A stretch of DNA of 64,000 nucleotides from the NCBI RefSeq assembly GCF_009914755.1, contig NC_060926.1; one strand, given 5' to 3'. Below the pieces are notes generated by a model, which was not told the origin of the DNA, made no database searches, and was given only the letters and a program-made list of their open reading frames with translations. This document shows, piece by piece, positions 30,802 through 50,095 of this stretch. The DNA is from the human T2T-CHM13v2.0 reference genome, Homo sapiens. The translations under genes and the position numbers were made by a program. Each line of letters begins with the position of its first letter. Position 1 is the stretch's first letter.

Positions 30802-31102
30802 TTATTTATTTATTTATTTTGAGACAGGATTTCACTATGTTGCCCAGGCTAGAGTGCAGTGGTGTGATCATAGCTTGCCGCAGCCTTAACCTCCCGGGTT
30901 CAAGAGATCCTTCAATCTCAGCATCCCAAGTAGCTGGGACAACAGGTACACGGCATCACAGCTGACTAATTTTTGTATTTTTTGTAGAGATAGGGTCTCA
31001 CCATGTTGCCCAGGCTCGTCTCAAAGTCCTGAGCTCAAGCAGTCCTCCCACCTTGGCCTCCCAAAGTGCTGAGATTACAGGCATGAGCCACCATACCCAG
31101 TC
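30802..31102 (-). mobile_element. AluJ
   Basis: gtgatcatagct, cctgagctcaagcagtcctccc; (TTTA)n tail; TSD tctattttatt / tccattttatt. Confidence 0.92.
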
Positions 31103-31454
31103 TCCATTTTATTCTTTTTGATGCCATTATAAATGTAATATTTTTCTTAGTTTTGTATTTTGAGTTTTCATAGCTAGTGCCTAAATACAGTAGATTTTTG
31201 TATATTGTTCTTATATCCCACAACTTTGATGAGCTCATTTATTAGTTCTAATAGATTTTTAGTGGATTCCTTAGGATTTTCTTTTTACGATATTATGTCA
31301 TCTGCAAATAGAAATAGTTTTATTTCCTCCCTTCCAATCTAGATATGTTTTGTTTCATTTCCTTACCTAATTGCCCTGGCCCTACCTCTGGTACAAAGTT
31401 GAATAGAAATTGCGAGAATGGACATCCTTGACTTGTTCCAGATTTTAGGGGCTA

Positions 31455-32360
31455 ATTCCATTTATTTCTGCTTGAATATTTATTATTTTCTTCTTTCTGT
31501 TTTGTTTAGATTTAACTTATTTTTTCTAGTTTCTTAAGTTTGAAGCTTAGGCTATCACTTTAAATATTTTTACTTTCCAACATATGCATTTAATGCTACA
31601 AATTTTCCTCTAAGCACTGCTTAGCTGTATCCCCCCCAATTTTGATATCTGTAATTTTATTTCGTTCAAAAATTTAAAAAATTTCCTTTGAGGTTTCTCT
31701 TGAACTCATGTTATTTAGAAGCGTTTTATTTAACTTCCAAATATTTGGAAAATTTTCAGATATCTTTCTATTATTGTGTTCTGGTTTAATTTTGCTGTGG
31801 TCAGAGGATATTCATTATATGATTTCTATTTTCAATGTGTTAAGGTTTTGTTATAGCTGAGAATATGGTGTGTGTTAGGAATGTCCATATGTACTTGAGA
31901 AGAATATGTCTTCTGTTGTTGTTGGGTGAAGTGCTCTCTAAATATTACCTGCACCAAGTTGGTTGATTGCACTGTTCAGGTTGTATACAGTCTTACTGAT
32001 TGCCTGCTTACTTGTTCTATCAATTCCCAAGAGAAAGGTGTTGAAATCTCAAATTGTAATTGTGGGCATGTCTATTTCTCCTTTCAGATATGTCAGGTTT
32101 TTACTTCATGCTTTATGAAGATCTGTTGTTAAATAAATATTTAAGATTTTCTTGTCTTCTGGGAGAATTGTTTTGTTTATCATTACGTTGTGTCCATCTT
32201 TATCCCTGATAATCTCCCTTGCCCTGAAATCTACTTGGACTGAAATTAATATAACTATTCCAGTTTTCTTTTGATTAGTGGCTTGCATGGTATATCTTTC
32301 TCCATCATTTTGCTTTTAATGTATCTTGTTTTTCTCTTCAACGTGAATTTGTTATAGATA
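31455..32360 (-). mobile_element. Old L1M, ORF2 endonuclease region
   Basis: ORF 32106..32288 QATNQKKTGIVILISVQVDFRAREIIRDKDGH matches the L1 endonuclease N-terminus. Confidence 0.85.
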
Positions 32361-33249
32361 GCACATATATACATTTTTCAATGTATATATGTGACTGTGT
32401 TATCTGTATCTATATCTATATCTAATACAACTAATTTATTTTCTTGACAGTTTTCTTAATGTAGTCAAGGTTGTTTTCTCCCCTAAATGCATACAATCAT
32501 TGGACTATAACAGAACTTTATAAACAATTTTCTTAGGTTTTTCCAGAGTCACAATATTTGTTTCCTAAGGTTACTTACTTCAGGAATACTTATGTAATAT
32601 TGGACATCACAGCCATATTGATTATGTGGCTAAGGGGCCATAGGAGTCCAGGTGGATGAAACTACTAAATGGAAGAATTTTGTTTCAGGAAACTTTTCTT
32701 AAATCCAGAAAACATTACTTCATTATCCGGAGTGATTTAACATAAGAATTAGACTGAGTACAAGCATAGAGTTGATGAGATAAAGTTCAACTCTGTCAAT
32801 TCACAGATGAGAAATCTAAGACCAAGAGCTACTTGGCTAACTTCCATACATCAGGTCCTATTTTCCTCCTACTTTCAGCGGAATGGAGTGAGTTACATTA
32901 TTATATTGTTGCTATGATTATTTTAACAGTGAGATCCACTCCAATAGCTGTCTATATTGATACTCATGAGTGGCCATGGGAAGTAGACAGAAACTGCTTT
33001 CTGTGCAAGGACCTAACCTTGAGGTGTGCAGTATATGTCCAATCTTTTATTCAGCTACTTCTCAACATTCTTGTATTAACTTTCAGATCTTACCATTTTT
33101 AATCTTGGATTCAAATTCCCAAATTGTGTTTAGAACTTTCTACTTAGATTGCTTTACAAAAAACACTAGAATTATCTTTGTTTCTGAGAATTTATCGGCC
33201 AGCTCGGATAATTTACTTCTATAAATTAGTATTACTTAGCAACACAAAA

Positions 33250-34722
<1,473 letters not shown>

Positions 34723-34989
34723 AAACTAATTTTTCAGATTTTCCTTCTCGGAGCAAAGGTTAGTGACAAGGCCTAAGAACTTTTGAGTCAATTTTATTTG
34801 GCTAAAAAATATCCAAAATTTAAAAAAGGAAGATTAGAAATTTGCAAGCTCAAATGTCTTCCTAAATATATCCTGAGGTTTAAAACAATAACTCTTCTTC
34901 AGATATTTTAAATTTTTTATTCTAATCATCTATAATGCCAGCAAATTTAAAAGGTCTTTAGAGAAAATAATCACCAAATATTTGTAGCA

Positions 34990-35033
34990 TTTTTCTTTCA
35001 AATGTTTGAATTTTTTCTTTCAAATGTTTGAAT
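34990..35033. repeat. Perfect 22-bp tandem duplication
   Basis: tttttctttcaaatgtttgaat x2. Confidence 0.95.
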
Positions 35034-37124
35034 TGTTGGTTTTATTTCAGAGTGGTTCTTAATTTATCCCAAAAGAGTTGTCAGCCTGTGCTGTTTCAGG
35101 ATCTCCCCACAGTGGAAGTATAATGACAGTGTTAGTATGTCTTTCCATTATTGCAGAAACTCTATTTTTTAAAGTGCCTTTAGCAGGATTCTGGGAATTC
35201 ACTGTAGGTTAACAGTGGGGCTCTCACCACTTAGAATTCTTTTCTCCTAATGAAAGGAATCTGAACCCTTGAACTCTGTCAGGGTCTTAGGCATGTTCCC
35301 TGGGCCTGATTTTCATCCTCAGAAAATGGAGGTCAGATACATGTCAAGAATAAAAGAAAGGTCAAATGAGAGTAGTCAAAGACTTTGCACACATCCAGAT
35401 GACGTTAATGTTTGACCATGGTGTCTAGAACCTGCTAGGCAGTTGGTGAGTGAGTGGATGAACAAATGAATGAATGAGTAAATAGTGAGTAAATATAATA
35501 GTAAATATTCAGGGAAGCTATTGATTATATGCATGGTAATACCTTACTTTCAACGTGTTCACCTGAGGAAAACGGTGATTGATATAAAAAGTGTAACAAT
35601 TCTCAGCCTGCTCCTTTCCCAAGTGATTAGGGCAATATAATTTGTTAATGTATTGTTCATAAAGAATGATTATTGGAAACAATTTAGGATTTTAAGAATT
35701 TCCTGGTTTATTGTAGAAATATGGCTTTGATTATCACCCCCTTGACTGATGATAACACTTATGCACCTCATAGCCACTCTCATTTATACATTTTGATTAA
35801 CATGTGAAACAACATGAGTTGGGGAGGGAAATTATGTTTGCATTCTTCCTCTGTAATTATAGCTATAGTGAGTTCACAAGCTCAGGTGTGCAAGACATAT
35901 CTCTAATTGAACTTAATTTATGACTCTAAGCATTAATTCTGTCAGATTGGCAGAAAAGGGAGAAAATCTAGGGTTTTTTTGTTGTTGTTGTTGTTCTCTC
36001 CCCTGTTCCTTCAGTTCCTGGAATTTTGCCAAGTTTCTGAGAACTTACACAATGCCCAAATTTGGGAGAGAGGGTGCTGCTGTTCTTACATCAGTCAGTA
36101 GGACCCACAAAATGTTGTTGAAATATACTTAATTTCTGTCTGTACAGTCTCATCAGGTCCCAGTGTCCCGCAGCTCCCTGCTCATGCTTGAGGTACAGGC
36201 GTTTTTGGGACAGGTTGCTGAAAGTCCATTTTGCTAGATGTGTGTCTTGCTCCCTTTCCTCTCGGGGTCTCCTTTGTGGGGTTGTGCCACTATGCTGGTG
36301 TCCTCGTCAGGATGTACTTTTCTCACTCATCCCAGCCTCCTCTGCACCACCTTCCACTCCTTCTACCACCTCCTCCCCCAAGAAGGACTTCTAGCAGAGG
36401 GGAGATCTGTTTCTCTTTGCATTTCTTCCAAGAAACTCAGCCTGCAGCTTTTAGTGAAATAAATGCAAAAAAAGACTTATAGGGAGCTTTAGTGTTCTTC
36501 TTCTGCCACTTATTTCCTTTATGGCTAAGTCCCTGATGGAAAGAGAGAAAAGGAAAGAGAAACAAAAGAAGCAAACCAAAACCAAAAATAAAAATATAAA
36601 TCCCAAATGAGTAAAAACAAATTTAAATCCATAAAGTAATACTCAAAAGAGCTATACCATCAGATCAAGAGCATAAGTATTAATAGGAGCTAATGTTATT
36701 AAGTATTTTTTACCTTCCAGGAGCTCTGATTCCTGCAGATGTATTACCATAATTCATCAGAAGATGGTGAATAGACATTCTGATCCCTTTACAATTGGGA
36801 AACTGAGTGGTAAAGGGATTAAGTAACTGTTGAGTATTAAATTTGAATTCAGGTTGTTTAAAATTCCAAATTCCGTACTTTCCTCTATTTACTTTGTTTT
36901 ATTTCACAACCCAACAAAAATAATGATCAATAAAAGCTAACTAGAAAATGAGAAATTTGGAAAGATAGTTATTTAAAATTATATTAGATCAGCTAAAATC
37001 TATATGAGAACATTTGGGCTGAGAATCAGGGACTGAAAGTTATGGTCCAAATGACATGGAGTTGACACCTTGAGGAAGGCATAAAACAAAGTGGCTCAAA
37101 CCAGTGTCCCTCAGCTGGAGAACT

Positions 37125-37430
37125 GAGAAACAAACTGTGGTGCATTGCAATAGAATAATACTCAGCAATAAAAAGGCATGAACTACTGATACACTCAACA
37201 ATGTGGATGAATTTTGAATGGCATATTGTAAGTGGGCAGAGTCAAATTTAAAAGACTACATAGTGTGTGATTCCACTTATATGACACTCTGGAAAAGGCA
37301 AAACTGTAAGGATTGTCTTCCATTTTTACTGAGATGGTAGTTACATGACTGTATGCATTTGTCAAAAATTGCAGAACTGTACCCTAACTGGGTGAATAGT
37401 ACTGTATGTAAATTATATCTTCATTTTTAA
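37125..37430 (+). mobile_element. L1MC/MD 3' end
   Basis: aacaaactgtgg...tactcagcaataaaaagg...gattccacttatatgacactctggaaaaggcaaaact...tgtatgtaaattata. Confidence 0.8.
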
Positions 37431-38299
37431 AATGGAAGGAAAAATGCAAAGATGATTAGGATTACTTTAGTTGCTTTACTAAACTCATTAGAAATATCCT
37501 AACTTACAATTTTTTGGTGTAATTTGAAAAACAGAATGGATTCAGTCCCTTAATAACCAACTTCCTCTTATTATTGTACATGTGACCCACAGAAACCCTA
37601 GAGTATCCCACATACCATATTTCTTCAAATTTATAACATAACCATTCTGAAATTCAGATATTTCTTACAACCAATGATAAGAGAAAATCACAGTTGCATG
37701 TAGAACAGTTAAGTCTTGGTGTAGTTATTATCTACAAATGTACAAAATGTACAGAATTAGCCTTTGAACAATTAATATTGAGCCTTAGTTAAACTTAGAT
37801 TTGTTGAGTGTTGCTTAAAATGCTCTCAAAATGATTATGCTTGGGTACATGTCATTATGATTGACCGACACCTGCCAGGTGATCAAATTTAAGACAGAAG
37901 AAATTGCTAAATTCTGAACAAACAAAATATTTCAAAGCTAGGAGAGTTTGGGAGTCATCTATTGATGTACGTGAAGAATCATTACTCAAGCCCCAAATAT
38001 CTACCCTTGATAGGACAATATCAGGTCACTGGTGAGGAGAAGACAAAGCCAGCTTGGCGATTCACACTGAGAAGGAGAGAGGGTTTCTTAGGAAGAGAAA
38101 AAGAAATCCTAAATCAGAATAGAAGGGAGAGGAGAACAGTCAACTGAAGGGATGGGCTTTAGAAACTATTAGGGAGCTGTTTGTTTTATTTCTGTTTGGG
38201 TCAGAGTAGAGGGAGAAGAGTGAGAGAGAGATGGAGAAAGAGTATTTAAAATGTTTTTGTATGTCATATAAATAAAATATTTCAGGGGCATTTTTTAAA

Positions 38300-39185
<886 letters not shown>

Positions 39186-40944
39186 AAGATATTCCAAAAA
39201 TAACTTTTCAGTTACCATATTTTTCCTTCAAGACCTTCAGAGATATTTGACTATTATATTTCTTTGGTGCCACTCCAAATATTGTTCTCATGACCTCCAA
39301 ACATCCCGAACTCTTCCAATTTTGTATATCCTAAAACTTTGACTAGGAGCCCCTATAAGAAACGTTTGGCCTGGTTTTGCATGCTTAAGTGTGTGTGTGT
39401 GTGTGTGTAGCTGGTAGTGGGGAAAGAGAGGTAGGAAGAGAAGAGGAAGGGCAAAAAATACTGACAGGTGTGTCCTGCTTTCCCCAGAATATCCTGGGCA
39501 CCTGCCTTCAAGTGCAACATGTGTGAGGCAAGAGACGTGATAATGAGAGAATCACATTCATTGATGTGGTTGGTGCAGTGGCTCTTTCCTTTTCATTCAC
39601 ACCCATAGGTTTTTGCAGGATTTGCTGCCTGTAGTCTTGGAATCTGCTTCCTTCCCCGCTGGTGTGGTTTGTGAGTAATCCACAAGTGATCACAGTCAGA
39701 GCAACATCTACTCCAGCGAATTCAGGGATGTCTGTCCCCTGCCCCAGTGACTAATGGCATTTCAACTGTCAGATTAGGGTTATGGGAAGGTAGTGGCTCA
39801 GCAGAGCCTTGGAAAATTCTCTTTTGCAGGAAGACTGTCTCTATACTGCCTGTATGCTTGCTTTTAGGCACCTTTGACCTGTACCTTGCACTCTTACTGG
39901 CCAGACTCATGTGTATTTGAAGGGAGCAATAAGGACTAAATTAGCTCTGTAATTTGGAAAAATCATTGATTATTTTCTGAGTTATAAATTATAAGACTTG
40001 TATCTGTTTCCTTGAATGTTAACAATTCATCAGTGTTTAATTACTTGCTGAGTACACATCTATGCAGGAAAATCAAGATTCAAGCAAGAACTTAAAAACC
40101 CAGAAAATCTGAATCTCTGGGTTAAGGCAAGTGTCATGTGTTCTACTTGATATCAATGGGAGATAAACTAAAGACTGACTGTCGGCTTAAATGAGAGGAT
40201 TCTACCATTTGTTTATCATTTATTCAGCAAATGTCTGTGGCAGGCATTGTTCTGGGTGCCAGGTTTACAACAGGCACAGAGCACCCAAGTCTTGGTTCAC
40301 ATGCTGCCTACCTTCTAGGGTAGGAATAACTCATGGCCACAGTCAGTAGAGTGCTTTATGCAGAGCACGTTTCACAATGAACTTCTCTAAGTTCATTTCT
40401 TGAGGAATTTCATTCATTACCTTTTGCCAGTTGCTCATTATTTTTCTTGATAAATGAATTTGTAAGTGCCATGAATTAGATACATAATATTTTTAAACCT
40501 CATGAAACTTATTTCTGTTAAACATAAGCATTTCCATTGAACAGAGAAAATCATAATAGCAAACTGAAGTTGTTATAGCAACAATGAGAACACTTCAGTA
40601 TTCAGGAATCATCTCTTTTTTTCAAGAGTAAATGATACAATTAATGCTTGATACTATATTGTTTACAGACTTCCTTGTGACTCATGGCTCTTCACATGTC
40701 AGTCTTAAACAGATGGGAAGGTATTCTGAAATAATAATTCAAATATTGGTATATGGAGCTGCTTTGAAAACCATGACAGGCTTTTTTATCCATGATGGAT
40801 TTACACCTCTTTTATCGTAGCAAAATTTCAAAAATTACATCTAAAGAATGAAAAAATTTTCTTTTATAAAGTGGACAGCTGGAACATGCTCATAGAAATG
40901 AGGATTTGTGCACATACTGAACAAGAGCACAGAGCAATTGAAAA

Positions 40945-41170
40945 GCGCAGCCTCTGTGGACTATGGAGCTAAGCAGGCTGGATTTGAGTCCTGGCTCTGC
41001 AGCTGACAGCTGGGGGACCATGGGCATCCCCGCTCCCTGCCTCAGTTTCCCCACCTGTAAAATGGAGATGGTAAAGTACCTACTTCATGGGGTTGTTGTG
41101 AGGCTTAAAGGAGTTAATATATATCAAATAAAGGATTTTTAACCCAGAATAAATGTTACACAACTATTTT
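40945..41170 (+). mobile_element. MIR
   Basis: ggatttgagtcctggctctgc...gcctcagtttccccacctgtaaaatggagatg...ggttgttgtgagg. Confidence 0.9.
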
Positions 41171-41424
41171 GCTCTTCTTGTATCTTTGAAAGATCATCCG
41201 GTTCAGGTTTTGGCATTTGAGCAGTATTTGGTGTTGCCAAGGCAAGAATGTTATTTGCCCCTTTTCTTCAAACTCTCTATGAAACCAAGAAACAAAATAT
41301 ATATGAATATCTGTTTTATCTAGATTTTTTTTTCATAGAGCCTCATGTCATTTATATTGCCTTCGGTGTCCCCTCAGTTCTCAGCGTGTTTAGGGGTGAA
41401 ATGATGAGAAGTAGCATTGATTTG

Positions 41425-41600
41425 TGGAGGAAACAAAGTCTTTGGAGTGAGGCAGATGTATTGTAAATCTAGGCTCTGTCATAGACAGTGCCTTAACCAC
41501 TTCTACCATCTGCAAATGGGAGCAATGATACCTACCTCTTAGGGATGTGAGATTAAATGAAATGCATGTACTTAGCACATTCTAAAGATCAACAAATGTT
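41425..41600 (+). mobile_element. MIR
   Basis: ctttggagtgaggcag...catctgcaaatgggagcaatgatacctacctc...gattaaatga. Confidence 0.75.
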
Positions 41601-41987
41601 TGGATCCTATCTGGCTGAATAGTAAAAGGAATGGTTTACATTCCTTGAGCAGAAGTGGCCAACTTCTGACCCACATAGGCCTGCCCTGCTTCTCACATAC
41701 CCTCTCATCCCCACAAATCTCACAAACCTCTATAGATATACAGCCAATTCAAGCAAGAGTCAGACATTTAACAGGCTGCCCTACAACTTTTAAAGTAAAT
41801 TGGCACAAAAATCTCACTCCAAATAGGGATCAGTTTGGCCAATCAGAATCTGCTTCACTAAAAGTTTGAAATAAGATTTATAAAGGAATGAAAAGAAGCT
41901 AACAAGTCAAGGTTTGAGGTGGTCAGGCCCACAGATATGCTGAAATGAGGAGGCAGAAGCTATGAGCCAGTCCAAACTCTGAGACAG

Positions 41988-42339
41988 TAAATTGGACTGA
42001 ATGTCTGTGTTCCCCACAAATATGCATTTTGAAATCCTAACCCCCAATGGGATGGTATTAGGAAGCAGGGCCTTTGAAAGGTGATTAAGGCTTGGGGGTA
42101 TGGGATTAGTGCCTTATAAAAGGGACCCAAGAGAGCTCATTTGCCCTCTTCCCACCATGTGAGACTACAACAAGAAGCCAGCATCTGCAGCCTAGAAGAG
42201 AGCCCTTGCCAGAACCTGACCATGCTGGTACCCTTATCTCAGACTTCCAATCTCCAGGACTGTAAGAAATAAATTTCTGTTGTTTATAAGCTACCCAGTT
42301 TATGGTAATTTTTCATAGCATCTCAAAGTGACTAAGACA
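41988..42339 (+). mobile_element. MLT1A/A0 MaLR solo LTR
   Basis: tggactgaatgtctgtgttcccc...ccagaacctgaccatgctgg...aataaatttctgttgtttataagc...actaagaca. Confidence 0.92.
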
Positions 42340-42667
42340 GGGAGAGAATTATGGAAGAAAGGGTGAATTGGTTGGCTGGCAGCTCTAGGATCAGGAAAAA
42401 CAAAGACGAGAGTCAAGTCATTTTGATGACAGAGGCTCAATCAACAAATCAACTCTTGCTATCAAGAGGGTTCGAAAGCCAACCTGGATATGAACTCCCT
42501 AACTTATTCATCTCTCTGAGGCCGATCCTCCATAGTTCCTATTTTTCCCATGAGGTTAGGGGATTTATTTTTCTATTTTAATTTAATTTCTTTTTGAAGA
42601 TTTGAGAAAATTTTGAGTAAAATGCACAAGTTGTGCATGGATTTTGTAACATCTGTTTTGACTGGTT

Positions 42668-42689
42668 GTGTGTGTGTGTGTGTGTGTGT
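42668..42689. repeat. (TG)11 microsatellite
   Basis: Read directly. Confidence 0.95.
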
Positions 42690-42699
42690 ATGTTTTCTT

Positions 42700-45887
<3,188 letters not shown>

Positions 45888-46332
45888 GGGGGTTTATTTT
45901 TCTATGTGTTCTCAAAAAATATTCTCCTGGCTGGTGGAGGTTCTTTAACCCATTTCTTTTTTTTTCCTTTACTCATTTCTATTTCCACTCTTAGAATAAA
46001 CTCTTACTTTACTTGGGTTCACTTAGGTAAGTTCCTGTTCCTCTCTCCTCCAAAATTCTTATTATACTAAGAAAGAGAATGTATCCAATACTGAAAGATG
46101 ATGGCCTCTGAGTGTGGATTTCCATGTTGCCTGTGGAATTTGCCTTTTAAGTTAAGGATCCCAGCTTTGCTAGCTTTTTGGTATAGGAGTCAGTAGAAAT
46201 TGGCTTTCTAAGCTTGACCATTAGATGTTAGACCTTGGTAGTCACTAATGCACCATCTTTACAACCTTTAATTTTTATTCCCTTACACAACGCAGGGGGT
46301 GGGGGCAGTGTATACAGAGCTTGGGAGCATGG

Positions 46333-49300
46333 ATAATTAAAATCATAGCAGAAATAAACAAGAAAGAGACCAAGAAAATCATACAGAAAATCAATGAAGT
46401 GAACAGTTCATTGCTTGACAGGATAAACAAGATCAATAGACTGCTAACTAGGTTAACATAAAGAAGATACAAATAAGCACAATAAGAAATGACAAAAGTG
46501 ACATTACAGCCAATCCCACAGAAACACAAATGATCCCCAGAGACTATGAACATTTCTACAGACACAAACTACAAAATTTAGAGGAAATGAATATATTCCG
46601 GGAAAAACACCACTTCCCCAGATTGAACCACAAAGAAATTGAAACCCTGCACAGACCAATAATGAGTTACAAAATTCAATCAGTAATAAGAAAAAACCCT
46701 ACCAACCACAAAAATCCCTGGATCAAATGGATTCAAAGCCAAATTCTACCAGACATACAGAGAAAAGCTGGTACCAATCCTATTGAAACTATTCCAAAAT
46801 ATCAAGGAGGAGAGATTCCTCTCTTACTCTTTCTGTGAAACCAGTATCATGCTAATACCACAACCTGGCAAAGACACACAAAAAAAGAAAACTACAGGCC
46901 AATATCTCTGAGGAACATAGATACAAAAAATTCTCAGCAAAGTACTAGCAAACTGAATCCAGAAGCACATCAAAAAGAGAATCCATTATGATCAAGTGGG
47001 TTTCATTCCTGGTATGCAAGGATGGTTAAACATATGCAAATCAATAAAGGTGATTCACCACATAAATAGAATTAAAACCTATATGATTATCTCAATAGAC
47101 ACAGAAAAAGCATTTGGTAAAACCCAATATTCCTTCATGATAAAAACTCTTAACCCACTAGGCATCAAGGAAACAAACCTCAAAAAAAAAAAAAAGCCAT
47201 TTATGACAAACAAATGGCCAATATCATACTGAACAGGCAAAATTTGGAAGCATTTTCCCTATGAATTGGAAAAAGACAAGAATGTCCACTATGATTAATT
47301 CTACATAGTACTGGTAGTTCTAGTCAGAGACAACTGGCAAGAGAAAGAAAAAAAGGCACCCAATTAGGAAAAGAGGACATTAAATTATCTCTCTTTGCTG
47401 ATGATATGGCTGTAGACCTAGTAAACCCTAAAGATTCCACCAAAGGACTTGTAGACCTAATATACGACTTCAGTAGAGTTTCTACTTACAAAAACCAACA
47501 TAGCAAAAATCAGTAGCATTTCTGTATACAAATACCATTCAAGTTGAAAACCAAATCAAGAATGCAATCCTATTTACAACGACCACAAAAAGAATAAAAT
47601 ATCTAGGAATACCACTAACCAAGGAGGTAAAAGATCTCTACAAGAAGAACTACAAAACATTACTGAAAGAAATGATAGATGACACAAACAAATGGAAAAA
47701 CCTGCTATGCTTATGTATTGGAAGAATCAATACTGTTAAAATGGCTATATTGCCCAAAGCAAACTGTAAATTCACTGCTATTCCTATCCAGTTATCAATG
47801 TTATTCTTCACAGAATTAGAAAAAAACTATTTTAAAATTTATATAGAATCAAAAAAGAGCCTGAACAGACAAAGAAACCCAAAGCAAAAAGAACAAAGCT
47901 GGAGGGACCACATTACTCAACTTCACACTATACTGTGAGGCTATAGTAACCAAACCAGCATGGAACTGGTACAAAAATAGACACATAGGCCAATGGAACA
48001 GAATAAAGAACAAAGAAATAAAGCTGCACATCTACAACCAACTGATCTTTGACTCAGTTGACAAAAATAAGCAATGTGGAGAGGACACCCTATTCAATAA
48101 ACAGTTTTGGGAAAGTTGGCCAACCATAAGCAAAAGAATGAAACCAGCCCCTACCTTGCACCATATAAAAAATTAACTCAAGATGGATTAATGACTTAAA
48201 TGTAAGACCTCAAACTATAAAAATCCTAGAAGTAAACCTAGAAAATATTCTTCTGAACATTGGCGTAGGCAAAGAATGTCCTGAAAAACAAATACAACAA
48301 AAACAAAAATTAACAATTGGGACCTAATTACACTAAAGAGACCCTGCACAGTAAAAGAAACTATCAACAGAGTAAACAGCCTACTGAATGAGAGGCAATA
48401 TCTGCAAACAATGTATCCAACAAACAACTGATACCCAGAACTAATACCCAGAATCTATAAGGAACTTAAATCAACAAGCATAAACAACCCCATTAAAAAG
48501 TGGGCAAAGGACATGAATGGACACTTCTTAAAAGAAGACATAGAAGCAGCCAACAAACACATAAAAAATGTTCCATATCATCATCATTAGAGAAATGCAA
48601 ATCAAAACCATAATGAGATACCATCTCAAAATCAGAATGTGCTAAAAGTTAAAAAACAACAACAACAAAAAACAGTTGTTGGCAAGGTGGTGGAGAAAAC
48701 AGGATGCTCACGCACTGTTGGTAGGATTGTAAATCAGTCTAACCACTAACCACTGTGGAAACTAGTTGGAGATTTCTTAAAAAACTAAAAATAGGTTACA
48801 ATTTGACCTAGCAACCCCATTACTGGGTATATATACCCAAAGGAAAATACATTGTAATACTCAAAAGACACCTGCATGCACATGTTTATTATAGCAATAG
48901 CAAAGCAATAGCAAAGACATGGAATCAACCTAGGTGCCAATCAGTGGTTGATTGGGTAAAGAAAATGTAGTACACATACACCATGGAGTACTACACAGCG
49001 ATAAAAAGAATAAAAACATGTCCTTTGCAGCTGCATGGATGACCCTGGAGGCCATTATCCTAAACAAATTAATGAAGAACAGAAAACCAAATACTGGATG
49101 TTCTCACTTACAAGTGGGAGCTAAACATCGGGTACATGTGGACATTAAGAGGAAACAATAGATACTGGGGACTCCAAAAGGGGGAAGGAGAGAGGGAGAC
49201 AAGTGTTGAAAAACTAAGTATTAGGTATTATGTTCACTGTTTGGGTGACTGGTTCAACTGAAGCCTAGACCTCAGCATCATGCAGTATATTCATGTAACA

Positions 49301-49346
49301 AACCTGCACATGTATGTACCCCTTGAATGTAAAATTCGATAAAAAA
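46333..49346 (+). mobile_element. L1PB-type, 5'-truncated, inserted into a MIR
   Basis: ORF2 peptides [15 protein letters not shown] and DDTNKWKNL; 3'UTR cctcagcatcatgcagtatattcatgtaacaaacctgcac; TSD gagcatgg 46325-46332 / 49347-49354. Confidence 0.92.
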
Positions 49347-49490
49347 GAGCATGGCTCTGGAGTCAGATTTCTTGGGTTGAATTTCTGCCTCTACTGCTTA
49401 CCAACTTAAGGCAGCATTCTTAATCTCTCTTTGCATTAGTTGCCTCATTACTGTTATTATAATGTATGCTTAAAGGTTATTGCTAAAATC
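49347..49490 (+). mobile_element. MIR (its 5' tip lies at about 46304-46332)
   Basis: gagcatggctctggagtcagatttcttgggttgaat...ttaatctctctttgc. Confidence 0.8.
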
Positions 49491-49699
49491 GTATTAGTCT
49501 TTTATCAAAACATCTATATGTTGCATTTGTTTGCTTACTTATATGTCTTTTATGAGACTCTAGGCTCCTTAAAGACCAAATGGGAATACACTGTTGTATT
49601 TCCATTTCTTAACACATAGTAGACACTGAATAAATTAATATTCCCTTTTCTAAAACAATCTTTCTATGAGACTTTCATCCTGCTAATTTTCATTCTCTG

Positions 49700-50095
49700 A
49701 ACTTATAGAGATTTTTATCTCACTTTAACTCTTCTTCTACATGTGGACATAAATCTGTAGTACATATTATGCTTACTTTATTCATTTACTCTATTAATTG
49801 TTCTATTTAATTAGCTTCAGCTCAACAACTTTTGGGTCCTTTACAGCCCACCTTTTCTTACCCTGTTTATCCCCTTTTTTCTGCTTTTTTTTCTCTATTC
49901 TTATTGTAAAGTAATTATTGTGCTTATCATTCTTAGTGTCTTTCTGACTGGACCTATCTGCTTGTCTGACTTAGCAAGGTCATTTAGAATTCCAGTCCCA
50001 TCTGTTAAGGAGTTTACTTTCTCTCCAGGTGACTATGTCAGCTAAATCAATGAGTTTCCTATTTCTTTAGCCAGGTCATTGATGAAAGTTAAAAC
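49700..50095 (-). mobile_element. CR1/L3 RT fragment
   Basis: Reverse complement ttttaactttcatcaatgacctgg encodes F..FINDL, the CR1 RT FNIFINDL motif. Confidence 0.55.

Larger units (their letters stand above)
26270..31450 (-). mobile_element. Old L1MB/MC ORF2 host, split by younger insertions
   Basis: Colinear antisense ORF2 segments at 26270-26590, 26820-26868 and 30285-31450. Confidence 0.8.
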
